A DNA stretch of 63,859 nucleotides, filler included, from Octopus bimaculoides (taxonomy: Eukaryota): NCBI RefSeq assembly GCF_001194135.2. It is 5 parts of 5 records of this genome, joined end to end, with 100 filler letters (N's around TTAATTAATTAA, not from the genome) between each part and the next. Parts side by side here need not be neighbours in the genome. Positions count along the whole stretch, not along the records: positions 46,459 to 53,456 come from NC_069000.1; positions 53,557 to 63,859 come from NC_069001.1; 3 more parts are not named here. One strand, written 5' to 3'. Of this stretch, positions 52,551-63,859 are shown piece after piece (within the stretch, counting starts at the first letter, position 1; each line of letters begins with the position of its first letter). The notes beneath the pieces are model-generated. The model worked only from the letters and a program-made list of their open reading frames with translations, did not search any database and had not been told where the DNA came from. The translations under genes were made by a program, and so were the position numbers.

Positions 52551-53667
52551 ATTGATTAGCTACGATTCACATACAAACTGATTCTACTGCTCGACTTGTT
52601 GAATTTGTTGAGCTAACAACATGAACTTTGGATAGAATCTTGACTGCTAACTGGCAGATTCTACATATAGATAAGTGTTGAATGATTAGAAAAAGGAATA
52701 TCTAATAGCTAAATTTGATGACTGCAGACTGAATACATAAACGCAAAGCATAACTATTCAACCACTAAGCTACATATAAGCAACTCTTGACCACTCTACC
52801 ACTCGACAGATAAAATCTGAAAACATCACTGTCACGAGACATGTTCATTCAACCGTGCCAACCTTGATTTTCGGCGCAAAAAATATGGTCACATATGAAT
52901 TCCAATCAAAACTGGTTCGTACCAACGCTGGATGGGGGTTGTTTGGTTCGTTGTTTGCAATCTAACACGGAGAGTGTGTCGTTAACCAGCTGGAGGAGAT
53001 GTCTCCCTGGGGCAAAAAAGAGTAGTAATATTGTTCTACACCGAACAACCACGTTGAGCTGGTAAGAACCATTACTTCTGAGTAGAGCTACTACTTACAG
53101 TCTCGTACAGAGGGTTAAGAATTAGCTACCTTGATTATATATATATATAATTAAATTCAATAATAGGATGAATTCTTTTACAAGAATTTATCAAGTAGCT
53201 AGCGTGAAAAAAACCTAATAAGGGGGGAAAAATCCATCATTTATTCCCAAAATATATATATATAATACTACAATAACTACGAAATCATGATCTATAATTT
53301 AGTCTGTTTTGAGAGTTGCATTTCCTCGCGTTCGGTAAAAATGTGTTTTTTATGGTAGTCTGACCTTAGAGTCACTCATAGCGTGAAGCATTATTGTATA
53401 GTAATGCCCTTATATAAATAAATAAATAAATAAATAAATAAATATATATATATATANNNNNNNNNNNNNNNNNNNNNNNNNNNNNNNNNNNNNNNNNNNN
53501 TTAATTAATTAANNNNNNNNNNNNNNNNNNNNNNNNNNNNNNNNNNNNNNNNNNNNTATACAAACATACATATATACATGCATATGTGTAAATACATACA
53601 TATACATACAACATTGTATATGTGTGTGTATGCATACATATACACATATGTACATATATATCTGCGC

Positions 53668-53720
<53 letters not shown>

Positions 53721-53854
53721 CAAGCAGTGCTACGTGTCAAAAATAAACTGTAATTAATTTCTCGTTTAATAAATACTCTAGATTTATGGTTCGAAGGCAT
53801 TATGTAATTAAAAAAATAAATTCAATTTTTTTTCCGAGAATATTTTTGATTTGT

Positions 53855-54080
53855 TTCGAAATTGTTTTTATTTTACCTCGAGTCTTTTTTCTAATCTGTT
53901 TCGAGCTTGCTTTCAATTTGCTTCCAGATTAAGTCGAATTTGCTTCGAGATTACTTAATTTGCTTCGAAATTATTTTAATTTGCTTCCAAACCAATTCTA
54001 ATATGCTTCGTAGTTTATTTTTAATCTACTTCGAGTTTACTTTTAAAATTTTGCTTCGAGATTACTTTTAATTTTTGCTT
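53855..54080. repeat. Degenerate ~21-bp minisatellite (aatttgcttcgagattacttt)
   Basis: About ten recurring tttgcttc(g/c)a cores. Confidence 0.7.
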
Positions 54081-54185
54081 GTAAAACCTGTAGATACATC
54101 CTGCCATAACACATGGCGTGGCATAACCAGTGCAATCGGAAATAGAGAAACAGCAACAAAAATATTAATAAATAAAGAGGAATAT

Positions 54186-54360
54186 ATTCTTTTCTACTCT
54201 AGGCACAAGGCCCGACAATTTTGGTGAAGGGGCCAGTCGATTAGATCGACCCCAGTTCGCAACTGGTACTTAGTTCGCAACTGGTACTTAGTTCGCAACT
54301 GGTGAAAGGCAAAGTCGACCTCGGCGGAATTAGGACTCAGAACGTAAAGACAGACGAAAT
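54186..54360 (-). mobile_element. SINE family A with an internal 18-bp triplication
   Basis: agttcgcaactggtactt x2 plus a partial copy inside the body. Confidence 0.75.
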
Positions 54361-54534
54361 AAAGAGGAATACATTGAGACTTGATGGGCTGAAAGAATTT
54401 CGGTGGAACCTAAAAATCAAACAACCAACCAAATTAAACCACAACCGTCCTTGGTATTCACGAATCCTATAAGTAACATCCTGGAGCGCCAGGATGTTGG
54501 TATTCCCAAATCATATAAGTAACATCCTGTTACT

Positions 54535-54815
54535 TGTATGATTCGAGAGCGCCAGCTGAGACTGTTTGGCCATGTTGCTCAATTTTCCGAGTTAGAACTT
54601 GCTTACCACGTACCTAGATTGAGGCTCATGTTGATTGACACTATATCATATAGTCACGGCAAATGAGGAAGTACAAGTATCTTGCGGAGATGAGGACTGG
54701 CTGGGAATCTGGTGGACGGGTCGCCCGGGAGGACCAGGTAATATACCAACAAATGGTGAATGAAGCAACGCGCTGCAACGGCGCATGCCCCACACTTAAA
54801 CTGACCTGTCCCGAC
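54535..54815 (+). mobile_element. LINE 3' fragment
   Basis: VTCMIRERQLRLFGHVA motif followed by a short-repeat tail. Confidence 0.55.
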
Positions 54816-55360
54816 CTAACCTGTCCTTGTTGTTGTTTGAGCCCACAAAATAATCTCAAAACTTGATGTTTTGTAGAGGGCAGCTGCCAGCTTGACGTTC
54901 GTGTTGTAAGAAAATACAGGAGAAAGAAAATATCTATTGATCATTGATGAGGAGGAGGAGGAGGTGCAAATCCAATGCACCAATCCTTGATAACTGGAGT
55001 GACAGGATACGTAACAACCCGTCTGGATAAAGACTATGGCTGAACTTGGATTACAGAGAGGTGGAGAATCGCAGTTTCATAATTGTTATTCTACAGATAA
55101 TGTCGATATCTGGGGCAATTTTTATCTGCAATACATCCTTGAAATTTAAAGGATGAACTGCGTTGTACAAAAGGGTGGAAATGAGATGTGTGAGATCTTT
55201 TTCTTTATAACCTTGTCACCGAGTAGCTGGACGGTGAAAATGCAGTTTCAAGCTTCTGTTAGTAAGAGGTGGTTATATATACATATATCCATATATGCTG
55301 GATTTTTCTGAATTGACGGGCACCACTTTTCATTTATGTTTTATGTAGTGTTTTTGGTAT

Positions 55361-55743
55361 GGAGGCGCAATGGCCCAATGGTTAGGGCAGCGGACTCGCG
55401 GTCATAGGATCGCGGTTTCGATTCCCAGACCGGGCGTTATGAGTGTTTATTGAGCGAAAACACCTAAAGCTCCACGAGGCTCCGGCAGGGGATGGTGGCG
55501 AACCCTGCTGTACTCTTTCACCACAACATTCTCTCACTCTTACTTCCTGTTCCTGTTGTGCCTGTAATTCAAAGGGTCAGCCTTGTCACACTGTGTCACG
55601 CTGAATATCCCCCGTGAACTACGTTAAGGGTACACGTGTCTGTGGAGTGCTCAGCCATTTGCACGTTAATTTCACGAGCAGGCTCTTCCGTTGATCGGAT
55701 CAACTGGAAACCTTGACGTCGTAAGCGACGGAGTGCCAACAAC
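55361..55743 (+). mobile_element. SINE family C
   Basis: As for 27472. Confidence 0.85.
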
Positions 55744-55923
55744 ATACGTGCAGAAAGTAGGCCATGGTTAAGTTTGTGATAACTATATTAAGCCAAGTTC
55801 ATTATAATATTCCTATTAAGCTTCCCTGAATCTATCCATAGTAGGTTCGTTGATAGTGCTTAAAGCCATCGCCGCTGTAGAATTCGGAGTTTATCAGGTG
55901 AAGGTTGCTGGTGCACTATCGAA

Positions 55924-56766
55924 GAATGTTGATGTTAAAAAATATCGCAATATCCGCAACATCATTCCCGATATACTCCTATGGAGACGTTGAACAAAAG
56001 GTCACCATCTTTTGTGACCTAGTAAGAATCGTCGTAGTATAACAGGTACTTCATTTTGATCGTGTTGTTCAAATCAGGGATTGTAGTGAATTCCTTCTCG
56101 GAATTCAGGACATTTATGGCGAAGTAGTAAAATACAGAAAGATAAATGTCTGCATTGTAAAATTTGGTAAACCTGCAGGTTGGTCTATTTTTGATGCTGT
56201 GGAACCTTTTGGCACTGTATACTCGTCACACTTCCAAGCTTGACATTACTATCGTCAAGAATACATTTTTCAATGGAGGTTGGAGAGACTGTCAGCCTTA
56301 TGATCATTAACAGTAACGTATGGTGAAAGCATAGCAGACTGATCAATGCAGTTTTCTATCTTTAATTGGGGAAATAGTTCTTTCGATTCTGCATTTAAGG
56401 CGTTGTATGCTTTTTTAAGAAATATGTCTTAGTGATGTTTCGTTAAGAGACTAACGTGTATGGTAATGCTCAATTCATATGTCCTTTTTTTGTCTGTATA
56501 TATACATCGTGGATGGGAATGCTTTTAAAACTAGATGAATGTTGATGTTAAAAAACATCGCAGTATCCGCTACATCATTCCCGACATACCCTATGGAGAC
56601 ATTGAAAGGTCACCATCCTTTGTGAGCTAGTAAGAATCGTTGTGGTATAACAGGGACTTCGTTCTTACTAGGTCACAGAGGATGGTGACCTTTCGTTCAA
56701 CGTCTCCATAGGAGTATGTCGGGAGTGACGTGGCGGATATTGCGATATTTTTTAACATCGACGTTC
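55924..56766. repeat. Three copies of a ~110-130-bp unit: 55924-56052 (+), 56537-56660 (+) and 56661-56766 (inverted)
   Basis: Direct alignment by eye of gaatgttgatgttaaaaaa...ctagtaagaat. Confidence 0.85.
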
Positions 56767-57529
56767 CTTTAAAAATTTCATCTAGTTGCTTAAAATTTCA
56801 TCTAGTTGCTTAAAGTGTTCTGGAAAGACTTAATGTAATGTCAAAATCTTATCTTCTTTATCAGTTGATAAGATTAGGTTCAAAGAAATAAGTTCGGATA
56901 TAAAGACCAAAAGTCTCTCTATTTCATCGCAATTGAAGTAATTCTTCTTAAACTTATTCTTCAGTAGAATCAGCATCATATTTAAATGGTTCTATTAAAC
57001 GTGGTTTTACTTCAAAGGAAAATAAATTAGAGAATCTTTAGTCCAAGTTAGTTTCTAAAGATAATAAGTATCTAGAATATATTTCAAGATCCATATTAAG
57101 TGAAGAACATTTCTGTCTGCTGTCAAATAGGTTTTTCACGCTGTGAAGCATGTTTTTAAGTAAAGTTGCTTGAAAATTTTCCAATTTCTTTTTCTCCATT
57201 TACTTTCAATAATATTTAACAATCACTCAATGTAATAATGAAATTTCATTGAAGATGAAATGATATCTCATTAAGTTTTTGAAATATCCAATATAGATAG
57301 CAAACGTTATTTTTATATTTCCTTATTTCGCCCACTCCACTTTCTTGAAATATATATATAGCACCAGAAATACTTATAAATCTTGCCAAGCAATTTCCTC
57401 GGGGGATTCATGTGACTTCTGTGTATAAACGAAGTCATACGTACTGTTCGTTTTGATGTGAACAGGACTTCCTGTATTGGCGATCATGTTTTGTTATCTG
57501 ATTGATTTCGTTTTATTTATAGTAAATAA

Positions 57530-57672
57530 GGTACGAGTGGCTGTGTGGTAGGTAGCTTGCTTACCAACCACATGGTTCCGGGTTCATTCCCACAGCATGG
57601 CACCTTGGGCAAGTGTCTTCTATAGCCTCGGGCCGACCAAAGCCTTGTGAGTGGATTTGGTAGACGGAAACT
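57530..57672 (+). mobile_element. SINE family B, 5' half ending in (CT)n
   Basis: gagtggctgtgtggtaggtagcttgcttaccaaccacatgg... Confidence 0.8.
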
Positions 57673-58614
57673 CTCTTTCTGTCTTTCTCTCTCTCTCTTT
57701 CTCTCTCTCTCTGTCTCTCTCTCTCTCTTTCTCTCTCTCTCTGTCTGTCTCTCTCTCTCACTATTTCTCTTTCTCTTTCTCACGTACAACTGTTGCATTA
57801 GGACATGGCTGATTAAATGAATGATTTGACGCTCGTTTAACTAATTAAATATTCTGTTGTTTTTTGTGACAGCAGAGAAGCGAGAGGAATACACATTATT
57901 GTTCAAAAGAATTATGTGTATATATATAAACACATGTATATGTATCTATACGTATATGCAAATGTGCATGCAGATATACATATGCATCTATCTATCTATC
58001 TAGCTATCTATTTATCTATCTGTCTGTCTATCTAGCTATCTGTCTGTCTGTCTGTCTGTTTTTATATATACACATGTATATGTATATATGTATGTGTGTG
58101 TATACATATATATAGGGAGAAAGTGGGAAGAGTCAAGTGCACTTATATATATATATGTGCATACACACACATATACGCACATATATAAATATACACAACA
58201 TATGTATTTGTTTGTGTGCATTTGTGAATGTGTGTACGTGTATGTGTGTATGGGTGGGTGAGTGTTTGTGCGTTTCTGAGAGTGGTTTCCCCGATGCGTG
58301 AGTGGACGTGTGGAGCGTTTTATTTTTTAATTCTTTTCCGGATGGAAACGTTAATCTTTTCTATTTCTGTGTATTGAGTCATGTAATTAATAACACCCAC
58401 CTCACCCGGCACACACACACACACATACACACACACATACATATACACTTAGCATCACATACGTACACATTCAAAATAAGCACTCAACACACACACACAC
58501 ACACACAGATGCACACGCACACACACATACATACACACATACATACACACACACACATAGATATAAATATACATTATATATGTGTATGTGTTATGTATAT
58601 ATGTATGTGTGTAC

Positions 58615-58695
<81 letters not shown>

Positions 58696-59039
58696 ACCAT
58701 ATTCGTGCACCAACGTCCACTCACATGCATACATGTGCATGTACGCAAAGAGATATATACTCATACACAAGTACGCATATACATTCATACATACAGACAT
58801 ACATACAGTCATGTAAACACGCAAGTGCGCCCGCACGTACGTACACACACACTTACACACACGCACAAGCTCTAACATACATACAGAAACATACGCGCAC
58901 ACACTCGCACATCGCATACACATACACCGAGGTATGGCCGTGTAGTTAGACATACATTGAGTATGGCTGGGTTCGGTTCCATTATTCAGACGTCTTTTTG
59001 TGGATATGTCTTCTACCATGACGTCGGGTAGATCAAAAG

Positions 59040-59606
59040 TCGGATCTTTTTTAAAACGGGGGCCACATTTTTCAGTAACGAAACACTTTGAAACTTGGAA
59101 CACTGGTAGAATGTGTCATATAAAACATCTTTTTCTCTTAGTCTTCTTAAAAAACAAAGAAATCCATAAGTTATTCCATGTGAAAGTTGTCGTATTTCTG
59201 TAATTTCAACCAATCACTGACGTCCATTCAGCCGATATACATTAAGTGCCGACTACATAAACAAACAATTCTGAAACAATTAACCCTAACCCTAACCTTA
59301 GGGTTAGGGTTAAAGCAAATTTAAAATGAAAAAAGCAAATAAAACGAAGGTATGGAGATTAAATACGCTTTACATCGCTTAATCAGCCAAAAGAGTAAAT
59401 ATAAACAACTGAATACTTGTCAGTGATTGGTTGAAATTATCAAAATAAGACAATTTTTTACATGAAATAAATTCGAATACAAAAATATTTTTCTGTTCTA
59501 TAACACAAAATAGATAAGTATACGAAGTTTGAAAGTCTTTCCGTACCAAAAACACTACGTAAAATATTAATGAAAAATGTGGCCCCCGTTTTAAAAAAGA
59601 TCCCGA
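59040..59606. mobile_element. Foldback/MITE with ~34-bp TIRs and a central telomeric palindrome
   Basis: TIRs tcggatcttttttaaaacgggggccacatttttca / tgaaaaatgtggcccccgttttaaaaaagatcccga, an internal inverted motif tttcaaccaatcactgac, and the centre ttaaccctaaccctaa-cc-ttagggttagggttaa. Confidence 0.75.
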
Positions 59607-60312
59607 TTCCATTATTCAGACGTCTTTTTGTGGATATGTCTTCTACCAGGGTAGATCAAAAGTCTATCAGTGAAACTTAGTCTGTGTAAATACCCGACAG
59701 ACGACAGTATTGTTTCTCGGTGTCTAGTATAATCCATCATCAACCACCCCGGTTGATAATGTTCATTCTGTTGCAAGCATAGAGGTCATGTGTTCGGGTC
59801 TGAGAGTAAAGGTTCCGTTTCCTACGGCAATGCTCACAACTCGTGAGTCGCATTTCATCTTTCCTCCTCACCCCAGCAATCACACTGGCTTTGCAAAAAG
59901 ATCATGGGTACCACCCTCTCTTGTATGATAAAACCACATAAAAACGCACATAAAATGTTAAATTCCATCTATCCATTCATCTTTTTCACCCGTTGTTCCA
60001 AGAAGGGTTATAGATGTAGAGTCCTCAGGAACCTCCTCGACAGGAGTCCTATCAGAAGCAATCGTCATCATACTTTCCTGCTGGATTTCCAAGCGCGAAC
60101 AACTGAGACTATTGATATTATCTAACCATTTCGTTCTTAGTCTTCTTTAAGGCCTCCTGCCAGTTGACTCAGCATTNNNNNNNNNNNNNNNNNNNNNNNN
60201 NNNNNNNNNNNNNNNNNNNNNNNNNNNNNNNNNNNNNNNNNNNNNNNNNNNNNNNNNNNNNNNNNNNNNNNNNNNNNNNNNNNNNNNNNNNNNNNNNNNN
60301 NNNNNNNNNNNN

Positions 60313-60354
<42 letters not shown>

Positions 60355-60365
<11 letters not shown>

Positions 60366-60570
60366 ATGTTTGTGTGTCTGTGTTTATTCCCCCAACATCG
60401 CTTGACAACCGATGCTGGTATGTTTACGTCCCTGTAACTAAGCGGTTCGGCCCGAGAGACCGATAGAATAAGTACTAGGCTTACAAAGAATAAGTCCTGG
60501 GGTCGATTTGCTCGACTAAAGGCGGTACTCCAGCATGGCCACAGTCAAATGACTGAAACAAGTAAAAGAG
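60355..60570 (+). mobile_element. SINE family B, 3' half
   Basis: Matches 24900-25110. Confidence 0.8.
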
Positions 60571-61039
60571 CTCAACCTGGTGAAATACCCTGAGCTTTGA
60601 GTTGGGCACTCTTTTGAGTACCGTTACCCCAGAGTCCCTTCCGAGGCACCCCCTTCAGCTGCTTGTATTCGCGATTATACTCTTTCGGTCAATATCCAAC
60701 ATACATGACCATAGATGACGATAGGCACGAAAACTCAATCGTTAAATTTTAGAAAGAAAAAGAAAAGAAAAACAAGTCAGAAACACATAAAGATAGAATA
60801 ATAGATATATTGTTATTGCAGACATGAAACGTAATAAACAACCACAGAAGGACTTTGGACATTGGTTACACAGCGAGCTTGATGATTTACACGTGATGTG
60901 TCTACATAGTCAGGTTACACGCGGGGGCCGAGCGTCTCTCTACATGCCAGGTCACACACAAGGGGCTGTTGTTTTGCACAAGGGACTCGTTACCACACAG
61001 GCTTGGTTAGTAAGAGCGCTGGCAGCGAAATGCGTTTGG

Positions 61040-61150
61040 CTAAAGTTTCTAATAAGTAGCGAGTGTACTGTGAAAGAGCAACAGAAGCTACAGTCGTTCT
61101 GTGACACATGCAGCCATTATCCAGAACTTTCTCTTCGCGCTTTTTTCGTC
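61040..61150 (+). mobile_element. Possible piggyBac-type Cys-rich C-terminal remnant
   Basis: SFCDTCSHYPELSLRAFF resembles .YC..C...P.LC...CF. The match is short, and I saw no other support. Confidence 0.25.
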
Positions 61151-61463
61151 TCTGTCGACCTACAAAATAAAATTTAACACAGAAGTTGATTTTACACACG
61201 CCAAGACAAAACAAGTAAAATATTTAAAGAATATAAGAATAAAAGAATATGCATTTTTATTTATATACTACGTATTACCCGTCAAAAATAACGGAGTTCA
61301 TTTCAGCATATCTTTACCTTATATGTTTTACTTTATTTAGTCCAGGGGCTCTGACCCATTTTTAAAAATCTATGGATCCCTTTGATTACTATTCTATTCT
61401 GGTGAACCCCTATAGCCATTAGATATTTAAAAACTAGTTATTTTATTTTTTCAAGCATTTACT

Positions 61464-61504
<41 letters not shown>

Positions 61505-61762
61505 NNNNNNNNNNNNNNNNNNNNNNNNNNNNNNNNNNNNNNNNNNNNNNNNNNNNNNNNNNNNNNNNNNNNNNNNNNNNNNNNNNNNNNNNNNNNNNNN
61601 NNNNNNNNNNNNNNNNNNNNNNNNNNNNNNNNNNNNNNNNNNNNNNNNNNNNNNNNNNNNNNNNNNNNNNNNNNNNNNNNNNNNNNNNNNNNNNNNNNNN
61701 NNNNNNNNNNNNNNNNNNNNNNNNNNNNNNNNNNNNNNNNNNNNNNNNNNNNNNNNNNNNNN

Positions 61763-61840
<78 letters not shown>

Positions 61841-62204
61841 ACAAGCACGTGTAATATATATTACACGTACTTGTTGGTCCTCCGGCTCTGTGTTATACAT
61901 CTCTTTCATTATCAAACACATAACACATTAGGATACTGTCAGTTAAATAGGCATGATTATAACACACCTCTATTGATCTCCTGATGATTATATATGTAGC
62001 ACATGAAACTTTTCGGTCTAAAACTTTGGCGCTTCATAAAGATATTTATTTTAACATCTGGACTTATTGATGCTGTTCTTAATATATTTAGATGCGTGAC
62101 TATACACTGACATAGGCATCAACACAAAACAAACACATATGTATGTCTAAATGTATCAATAAATGTACATGTACGTGTGCGCGTATATATGCATATATAT
62201 ACAT

Positions 62205-62550
62205 ACATACATATATACAGGTATGTATATATGTATATACAGGTATGTATATATGTATATACAGGTATGTATATATGTATATACAGGTATGTATATATGT
62301 ATATACAGGTATGTATATATGTATATACAGGTATGTATATATGTATATACAGGTATGTATATATGTATATACAGGTATGTATATATGTATATACAGGTAT
62401 GTATATATGTATATACAGGTATGTATATATGTATATACAGGTATGTATATATGTATATACAGGTATGTATATACAGGTATGTATATATGTATATACAGGT
62501 ATGTATATATGTATATACAGGTATGTATATATGTATATACAGGTATGTAT
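62205..62550. repeat. 22-bp minisatellite (gtatatacaggtatgtatatat)n
   Basis: About 15 near-perfect units, with one shortened unit near 62460. Confidence 0.95.
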
Positions 62551-62606
62551 ATATATATATATATATACACATATATATATATATATACGCAACACATGTG
62601 TTTGCA

Positions 62607-62638
<32 letters not shown>

Positions 62639-62720
62639 CGTGTTTGAGTGCCAAGAATAGTAATGGTAAATAGAAATATGACAGAAATGTAGAGGTAGAA
62701 GTTTTAGTTTAAAGAATAAA

Positions 62721-62757
<37 letters not shown>

Positions 62758-63584
62758 ATACCTATATATGTATATACGTTTATAGATAGATAGATACACA
62801 GACATGTGTGAGAGAGACGGTTGGTAGTGGAAGAGAGGGTCAACATATGTATGTGAATATATACATGTGATTGTGCATGTAATATTATCTACATATTGTC
62901 TATATATATTGTGTGTGTGTGTGTGTGTATATACATACATGAGTGTGTGATATTTTTTATATATACATATGTGTGTGTGTGCGTGTTTGTATGTATGTGT
63001 CCGTGCATGTGCGTGTGTTGCTTCAGGCTATGAACGTGACGAGGTTTCAATAGAAGCCATCGTCTGCGGTTTAAAGTTACCATTCGTTATTAGTACTCAT
63101 CTCGTCTTTGTGTCCTTCTTCGACTGTTCTTTATAAACCATCTACAGCACACCTTCTTTACCTGACATCTCTTTTTAAGTTTATCTTTTCTCCTCACTTC
63201 TCTTCCCCCCCCTCTCTCTCTCTCCGTCTTTATTTTTCCTTTTCACTTTCACGTCATGTCATTCTGTTCCAAATTTTAATGTTCTGTTCATTTAACCAAA
63301 AGATTGCGAAGAAGCTTTTGGCTAAATGTACGTTCGCGTGCGTGTGTGTGTGTGTATGTGTGTGTAATGTTCTGCATAAGTGTGTGCATGAGTGTGTGTT
63401 TATGTGTGTGTGCATACATACACAAACATACACGCACATATGCACTTATATACATGCAAATAAATACACGCGCATACGTATGTGCGCGAACACAAAAATA
63501 CGTGTACACGACAAGTAGGTAGACATGTCATGGCAAGAGATTATATAGATATGTATGTTCTACATGCAAACTTGTATGCATACA

Positions 63585-63617
<33 letters not shown>

Positions 63618-63626
63618 AAGTATAAA

Positions 63627-63668
<42 letters not shown>

Positions 63669-63859
63669 CAGAGGATGTTGCAACCGTTACCAATATAGCA
63701 TAAGAACTCACCTTAGGGGATCATTAATTAGATTCCTTAAGGGTCGTTCTCAAAGTTTATATTTATATTTCAAGGTTTTTAACTTTTAAATTTGTATATT
63801 TAAAAGAGATAGAAACTTCAAACTCGATATATCCAAGATCGATTTATTTACCACTCTGT

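Noticed and set aside
62100-62673. Regular repeat array giving long ORFs in several frames (CRISPR-like or coding repeat?)
   Set aside because: Contiguous 22-bp units have no spacers, so this is a TA/TG-derived minisatellite in a eukaryotic genome.

Overview
AT-rich, microsatellite-dense, gap-rich animal genomic DNA. The SINE families and repeat style point to an octopod cephalopod, probably Octopus (inference). Most ORFs in the supplied track are microsatellite or N-gap artefacts. Two real protein-coding genes are partly visible. One is the first coding exon of an ANKRD39-like ankyrin gene (+, 42519-42821). The other is the 3' exons of a short-chain-collagen-C4-like gene on the opposite strand (50879-50805 and 49422-48602, the latter largely in an N gap). 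The rest is decayed mobile DNA: Penelope-like RT/GIY-YIG, L1/Tx1, RTE, CRE-like and mariner fragments, two inverted solo LTRs, many tRNA-derived SINEs and several foldback elements. Two motif-dense housekeeping-type promoters lie at about 35.8 and 37.7 kb. The most interesting signal is a small minus-strand element at 44284-44577 that combines a tRNA-like Pol III head, a near-intact minimal hammerhead ribozyme and inverted termini. Four NNN-TTAATTAATTAA-NNN pads mark artificial scaffold joins, so long-range order is uncertain.
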